64,000 nt of DNA from an uncultured delta proteobacterium (GTDB taxonomy: Bacteria > Desulfobacterota > Desulfobacteria > Desulfobacterales > UBA2156), in assembly GCA_963736855.1 (NCBI GenBank), contig CAVTQK010000015.1, positions 480,001 to 544,000 on the forward strand, read 5' to 3'. The notes beneath the pieces are model-generated. The model did no database searches, was not told where the DNA came from, and worked only from the letters and a program-made list of their open reading frames with translations. The position numbers were made by a program, and so were the translations under genes. Shown here piece after piece: positions 59,283-64,000 of the stretch. Position 1 is the stretch's first letter; each line of letters opens with the position of its first letter.

Positions 59283-61052
59283 CTATTTAATGCGAATCAC
59301 CCGAAATCCGATATGATTGGAACGACCCGATTCCAGGTATTTGCCACGACCTGATACTCTGCATCGATTCAACGTGCTGAGCCAGGATCCTCCCCGGTGG
59401 ACGCGGTAACCCTCTCCCACGATTATTTCAGGATCAAGAGAGGCATGCATGGAATAAGCGTTTTCCTGATAGAAATCGCGGCACCATTCCCAAACATTCC
59501 CGCACATGTCAAACAATCCCAGATGATTTGGCTTTTTTTTACCCACAGGTTGCGTGGATCCATTGGAATTGTCGATATACCAGGCCAATTCATCGACATG
59601 AATCCCTCCGGCATAGGGTTCCTGTTTTCCGCAACTGCCGGCCGCATACTCCCATTGCGCCTCAGAAGGCAGTGAAAACAGATTGGGATGATTATTTTTT
59701 TGTGAAAGCCGTTTCAGAAAGGCCGTGGCTTCCAACCAGGAAACCTGCTCCACAGGGTAGTCATTTCCGAGTTTAAAGCATGAGGGGTTCGTCCCCATGA
59801 TTTTTTTCCATTGTCCCTGTGTCACTGGGTATCTGCCCATCCAGAATCCGAAAATCCTCACTTTGTGTAATGGAAGCTCATTTTCAAATCCCTGCTCGCT
59901 CCGCTTTCCACATCCCATTTCGAAACGTCCATCCGGCACCCAGATAAAATCCATGCCGGTATAAGGTTCCGACCAATGATGGGGATCTGAGGGGGATAAA
60001 GCACGAGCGAGGGCATGGGTATCCATATGCACCCGATTTCCTTGAGTATTGAAGATAGAAGCGTCGATTTCCTTTTGATTGATGTCGGAAACGGCAACCT
60101 TTTTCTCATAGGCCGTCAATCCATTGGATGCATGCCGGTTATCGGTGAGATGCTGCAAAATATCCTGAAAATGAGTCGGCCTTCTGGTGGGCTCGAATTC
60201 AAGGCATTGCCGGATCAGAGCCTTGAATTCTCCAGGAATATCATGTCTGTTAAAATGGATTCCTTTATCTCTGATGGCGTGGAAACGCTTGACAAAGTCC
60301 ATATCTTCATAAGGGAGTTTACCTTCGAAAGCAAAATATAAAATAAGCCCGAATGAGAAAATGGTTGAGGAGATACCCGGTTTTACACTTCGCAAAATCA
60401 GCTCAGGGGCTGTCCAATTCGGAGTTAATTGCAGATGAGCGGTCGTCGATATACTTCCCAGTCGTTTGATTCCTCCCAGGTCTCCAATGTAAAGCTTGTT
60501 GTTATGATCAATGAGCAGATTGGATGGTTTCAGATCCGTAATCACGAAGGCATCCGGATTATTATGGTAAAGTCGGTCCATGACGCGGGCCAGATCCCGG
60601 ATGAGTTGTCTTATTGTAACCAGTGGAACAGGATAGCGATTCACAACGTAGTTGAGCAGGTTATCGGGATAATACGCCATAAGAATAACCAGGTACGCCC
60701 GGACGGTCTGATCCGAGATCTGTTTGCCGACCAGATGAAAATCAAGAACCTCTATGACACCTTCACCCTTTATAGATTCGTAGTATTTTCTTACGGCTTG
60801 AAAGTCGTGGGAGATTTTCGAATTCAGATCATGTCCGGTTGATAACGTGATTGATCGCTCGGCAGCGAGGGGAACGATTTTTACTGCCCGTGATTTGAAT
60901 TCATCCTGCAACTGGTATACAGCGCCATAAACTCCCTCGCCTATTTTTTTGACGATATTATAAGTAGGAAGGCATTGGTGAATCACCATCTCTATGGGGA
61001 AATTTCCATCGATCACGTTATTTGAAATATTTATATTTGATTGAAAGTTCAT
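59283..61052 (-). CDS. Ser/Thr protein kinase fused to FGE-sulfatase (SUMF1-like) domain
   Basis: IGEGVYG, AVK, DLKPSN, APE; F.MG, PVEQVSW, LPSEAQWEYA, GNVWEW, RGGSW, GFR. Confidence 0.92.
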   Translation of the reverse strand: MNFQSNINISNNVIDGNFPIEMVIHQCLPTYNIVKKIGEGVYGAVYQLQDEFKSRAVKIVPLAAERSITLSTGHDLNSKISHDFQAVRKYYESIKGEGVIEVLDFHLVGKQISDQTVRAYLVILMAYYPDNLLNYVVNRYPVPLVTIRQLIRDLARVMDRLYHNNPDAFVITDLKPSNLLIDHNNKLYIGDLGGIKRLGSISTTAHLQLTPNWTAPELILRSVKPGISSTIFSFGLILYFAFEGKLPYEDMDFVKRFHAIRDKGIHFNRHDIPGEFKALIRQCLEFEPTRRPTHFQDILQHLTDNRHASNGLTAYEKKVAVSDINQKEIDASIFNTQGNRVHMDTHALARALSPSDPHHWSEPYTGMDFIWVPDGRFEMGCGKRSEQGFENELPLHKVRIFGFWMGRYPVTQGQWKKIMGTNPSCFKLGNDYPVEQVSWLEATAFLKRLSQKNNHPNLFSLPSEAQWEYAAGSCGKQEPYAGGIHVDELAWYIDNSNGSTQPVGKKKPNHLGLFDMCGNVWEWCRDFYQENAYSMHASLDPEIIVGEGYRVHRGGSWLSTLNRCRVSGRGKYLESGRSNHIGFRVIRIK

Positions 61053-61366
61053 GTCCGATAGAAGATTAATTGATAAGAAAACGCTTATTTGGTCTGAGCC
61101 TTGCTGAATAATGGAATGGTGTTTAACCGCTATACATACCCCAAGATATGGGGATATTCAGTTCTTAAGGCTTATAAATTTTTTTTACCACGATGGAGCG
61201 TACGCTGTCAAGCCGGATTTTTCGGGCATTTTGTTGAAATTTTAGCAGCCTTGGAGAACACTTCACTAACAAACTGCCGGTTAGGAGGGGTTAATCATGA
61301 AGGCATCATTTTTTTATCCCTGCATCTCTTCCCCCAGCAGGGAACTGGGTCGGCGTTTGAACGACT

Positions 61367-62650
61367 TTAGCTCTTGACCGTGCATGTTTTTTTTTGGCGG
61401 ATGACACAAGCGACTATCATCAGGCCGATGCCGGTGATCCCGGCGGCCAGCGCAAAAGAGATGCGATAAGAAAGTGCTTCGGGGATACCCCGAGTCATGA
61501 GCAGATCCGCCGCCGGTCCGACGATAAGGGTCCCGGCCAGTCCCCAGCTTAAGAAAAATGTGGCGTTGAAGACGCCGAAGAAACGGGCTCGGGTTTGGGG
61601 TGAGATCAGCGCTGCGGCCAGGGCATACGATGAGGACATGATGATGACATCCGAGGCCCCTTTCAGGAAATTACTCAGGTAAATCAGCTTGAGGTTCAAG
61701 GTCGCCGAAAGGAGTATCAGGGAGGCGATGGCTAGAACCGTTCCGAGGATCAGGGCGGTTCGATTCTGGATTCGGCGCCCGATCCATCCGGTTGAAAACC
61801 CTGTCAGGATGATGGCTGCCGATTGCATATTGACGATATTGGAAAGCTCACGGCTTGAGACGCCGAAGGTGGAATCCATCACCAGGTATTGAGTCTGAAT
61901 AACCATGATGGAATTACGCCCGAAGTTGATGCATGCCATTGCCAAGATGAAAAAGAAGAAGACGAAGAGTTCTGAGTGGTCGAATTGCGCTTCGGTCCGT
62001 GTCGGGTCAGCAGATTCCCGGCTAATTCCTCCCTCGGGAACCCACCGCAAAGGAAGGATTGAAAGTAGCATGACCGCCGAAGCTATAAAGAAAAGCGATC
62101 CTTCATGAAATCCCCATCCATTGTACCGCAGTCCCAGCCCGTCGTAGAGCAGTCCTCCGATCCAGATCCCGACCATCCGGCCTAACCCGCCAAGGCTGGC
62201 CAGCCTTCCCTGGACGGCAATCCGCTCCTTTTGGGGATAGATGTCCGATATGAGTGCGCTCCATCCCACATTCGACATGGACCAGAAAATTTCCACGAGG
62301 GTCAACCCGAATATGACGGCGTATCCGGATCCCCGCATCGACTCGGGGAACCGGTGAGCATACCAGACCAGGGCTGTGCCTAAAGCCGCCAGGAATTCTC
62401 CCCATAAAATCAGGGAGCGCCGGACCTGAAAGCGATCCGAGACAGGTCCCCATACGAGAGTCTGGCATAACACATTGGCGATCATGGGAAGGGTCGCAAA
62501 GAGGGTCGTTTCCGTAACCGAAAGACCCAGGAAATGGCGCAGGTAAATGGATAGATACGAATAAAAAAGACCTCGCCGGAACATGGCCATCATCTCAAAT
62601 GAAGACAGGCCATAAAAAATTTTTCTGCCACCGGTCGGATATGCGCTCAT
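61367..62650 (-). CDS. MFS transporter
   Basis: About 12 TM; WGPVSDRF..RR loop motif. Confidence 0.88.
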   Translation of the reverse strand: MSAYPTGGRKIFYGLSSFEMMAMFRRGLFYSYLSIYLRHFLGLSVTETTLFATLPMIANVLCQTLVWGPVSDRFQVRRSLILWGEFLAALGTALVWYAHRFPESMRGSGYAVIFGLTLVEIFWSMSNVGWSALISDIYPQKERIAVQGRLASLGGLGRMVGIWIGGLLYDGLGLRYNGWGFHEGSLFFIASAVMLLSILPLRWVPEGGISRESADPTRTEAQFDHSELFVFFFFILAMACINFGRNSIMVIQTQYLVMDSTFGVSSRELSNIVNMQSAAIILTGFSTGWIGRRIQNRTALILGTVLAIASLILLSATLNLKLIYLSNFLKGASDVIIMSSSYALAAALISPQTRARFFGVFNATFFLSWGLAGTLIVGPAADLLMTRGIPEALSYRISFALAAGITGIGLMIVACVIRQKKTCTVKS

Positions 62651-62795
62651 AAATGATTTTTCTTCGGTTTTCTCGATTAAAGCCTCCGGGATAATGACCG
62701 AAATCTTGACTAAGGAGGTTGAAATTCATATACAATAGATGCGCTTTTCAAGAAAGGTTTTGCATCAAGAATTTAGATCCATGCGGGGTTATGGA

Positions 62796-62996
62796 ATGCA
62801 AAAAAACCTGATCATCGTCGGCCTGCTCATCCTTTTTGCCGGGATCCTTTGGCCATACCTGGAAAAAATTCCGCTGGGACGTCTGCAAGGAGATATCGTT
62901 ATCACCCGGCCGAATCTGAAGATCTACATTCCCGTTGCGACGATGATCGTTATCAGCATTATCGTTTCCATTGTTTTGTGGATTTTTCGGAGATGA
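62796..62996 (+). CDS. DUF2905 family small membrane protein
   Basis: LGRLQGDI....YIPVATMIVIS. Confidence 0.85.
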   Translation: MQKNLIIVGLLILFAGILWPYLEKIPLGRLQGDIVITRPNLKIYIPVATMIVISIIVSIVLWIFRR

Positions 62997-63143
62997 CTGA
63001 ATTATAAACCTTGCACTATGGCACTATCGTGGGAGGGCGGAAGGATGCCGATCGCTTCCAGAAGGCGCTTTCCGGAAAAGTGGATGTGATGATCCTGTAG
63101 TCGGGATTCCTTTCGCTTCCCGAACCGATAAACGGGCTGGGTG

Positions 63144-63866
63144 TCACTTCAGTTCGAAGCGGATGGGAACCCGAACCCACATGCCCACCGGACGATCTCC
63201 GATCATCCCCGGCTCGAAAACCCAGGCGCCCACGGCTTGAAGGGCCGCCCGGTCCAGCACCCCGTGACCGCTCGATTTAAAGATTTTGACCTGCTCGACT
63301 TTGCCATTTGAATCCACGAGGACCTCCAGGAGGACGCTTCCCTCGACTCCTCTTCTCCTTGCTGATCCCGGGTAAGGGGGCGGAGGGTTTTCCCGATAAG
63401 CCGGCCGTGCTTCCTTAATAGTTATCGGTTTAGCGGGCAATGCTGTCGCAAGTTCCTGAACCGACGATTCATGCAAGATGACCGGCGAGGCTTCGACCGC
63501 TTTTCCCGGTATGGTCGTTGTATGGCCATAAAGCGGCTTCACCGGCTCGGTCTGCAAGCGTTCAGGCTCCGGGGTGGACTCCGAAAGCAGGGTCTCTTGG
63601 ACCGCTTTTTGAGGAAGCGGTTCCGGTATTATGGGCCGGACCGGCTGCCGAACTTTGTGCGGCTCGGATTTATTGATGGGCTGTGCAAGGGGGTTCTCAG
63701 CGGACTCGGATAATGACTTCGGTGGGGAGGTGTAAGATAGGGTGACCGTGAGATGCCGGGGCAGCCGGAGATCCGTTTTTTGTCTTGCCGACAGATTCAG
63801 ATCTGAAAAAAGAAAAAGCCCATGGATGCCAAGGGAAACAAAAAAAGCTGCAGCGAGGCGTTTCAC
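63144..63866 (-). CDS. tonB: TonB energy transducer
   Basis: S...H TM motif, Pro-rich spacer, YP..ARRRGVEG, SSG...LD.AA. Confidence 0.93.
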   Translation of the reverse strand: MKRLAAAFFVSLGIHGLFLFSDLNLSARQKTDLRLPRHLTVTLSYTSPPKSLSESAENPLAQPINKSEPHKVRQPVRPIIPEPLPQKAVQETLLSESTPEPERLQTEPVKPLYGHTTTIPGKAVEASPVILHESSVQELATALPAKPITIKEARPAYRENPPPPYPGSARRRGVEGSVLLEVLVDSNGKVEQVKIFKSSGHGVLDRAALQAVGAWVFEPGMIGDRPVGMWVRVPIRFELK

Positions 63867-64000
63867 GGCCTTTTTTCCGCCTCTGCCTGCAAGGAGATTT
63901 TCTGGAGGCCCGCCATCCGGATCCGATCCAGCACTGAAAAGAGTTTTTGGTAAGGAAGCGTGTTTTCGGCAAACAGGAGCACTCCCGGATCCGGATTTTC
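63863..64000 (-). CDS. exbD: ExbD/TolR family protein, C-terminal part (cut by window end)
   Basis: VLLFAENTLPYQKLFSVLDRIRMAGLQKISL; GTGA overlap with tonB. Confidence 0.8.
   Translation of the reverse strand, partial: ENPDPGVLLFAENTLPYQKLFSVLDRIRMAGLQKISLQAEAEKRP

Overview
64-kb chromosomal window, most likely from an anaerobic Desulfobacterota (deltaproteobacterial) genome; this is inferred from gene content and protein style, not from a marker-gene search. It holds about 60 mostly housekeeping or envelope genes, including gyrA-gpsA-radC-hyp-pgk, PBP1A, cbiB, meaB, a thiolase, and a metal-homeostasis block (znuACB, DtxR-family regulator, feoAB, SO_0444-type permease, ArsR). No rRNA, tRNA, CRISPR array or transposase was recognised. 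The main points of interest are: (1) a single-chain fusion of a monoheme c domain, a 4-TM CopD-like membrane domain, a predicted cytoplasmic cytochrome b5-like domain and an octaheme HAO-family domain; (2) a family of non-coding, hairpin-forming elements with three different interiors, shared ends and a self-regenerating 6-bp target, including a tandem stack (five clear copies plus one degenerate); (3) a probable selenoprotein permease (PL-UGA-SCG plus a SECIS-like hairpin); (4) a CHASE2 class III cyclase with both base-specificity residues replaced, divergent from an NHL/FN3/transglutaminase-like/TPR lipoprotein operon; (5) a GC-rich, heavily frameshifted SPFH gene pair; (6) unannotated small ORFs and a likely ATT start codon. 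A frameshift in gyrA suggests residual indel errors in the assembly, which tempers any pseudogene call.
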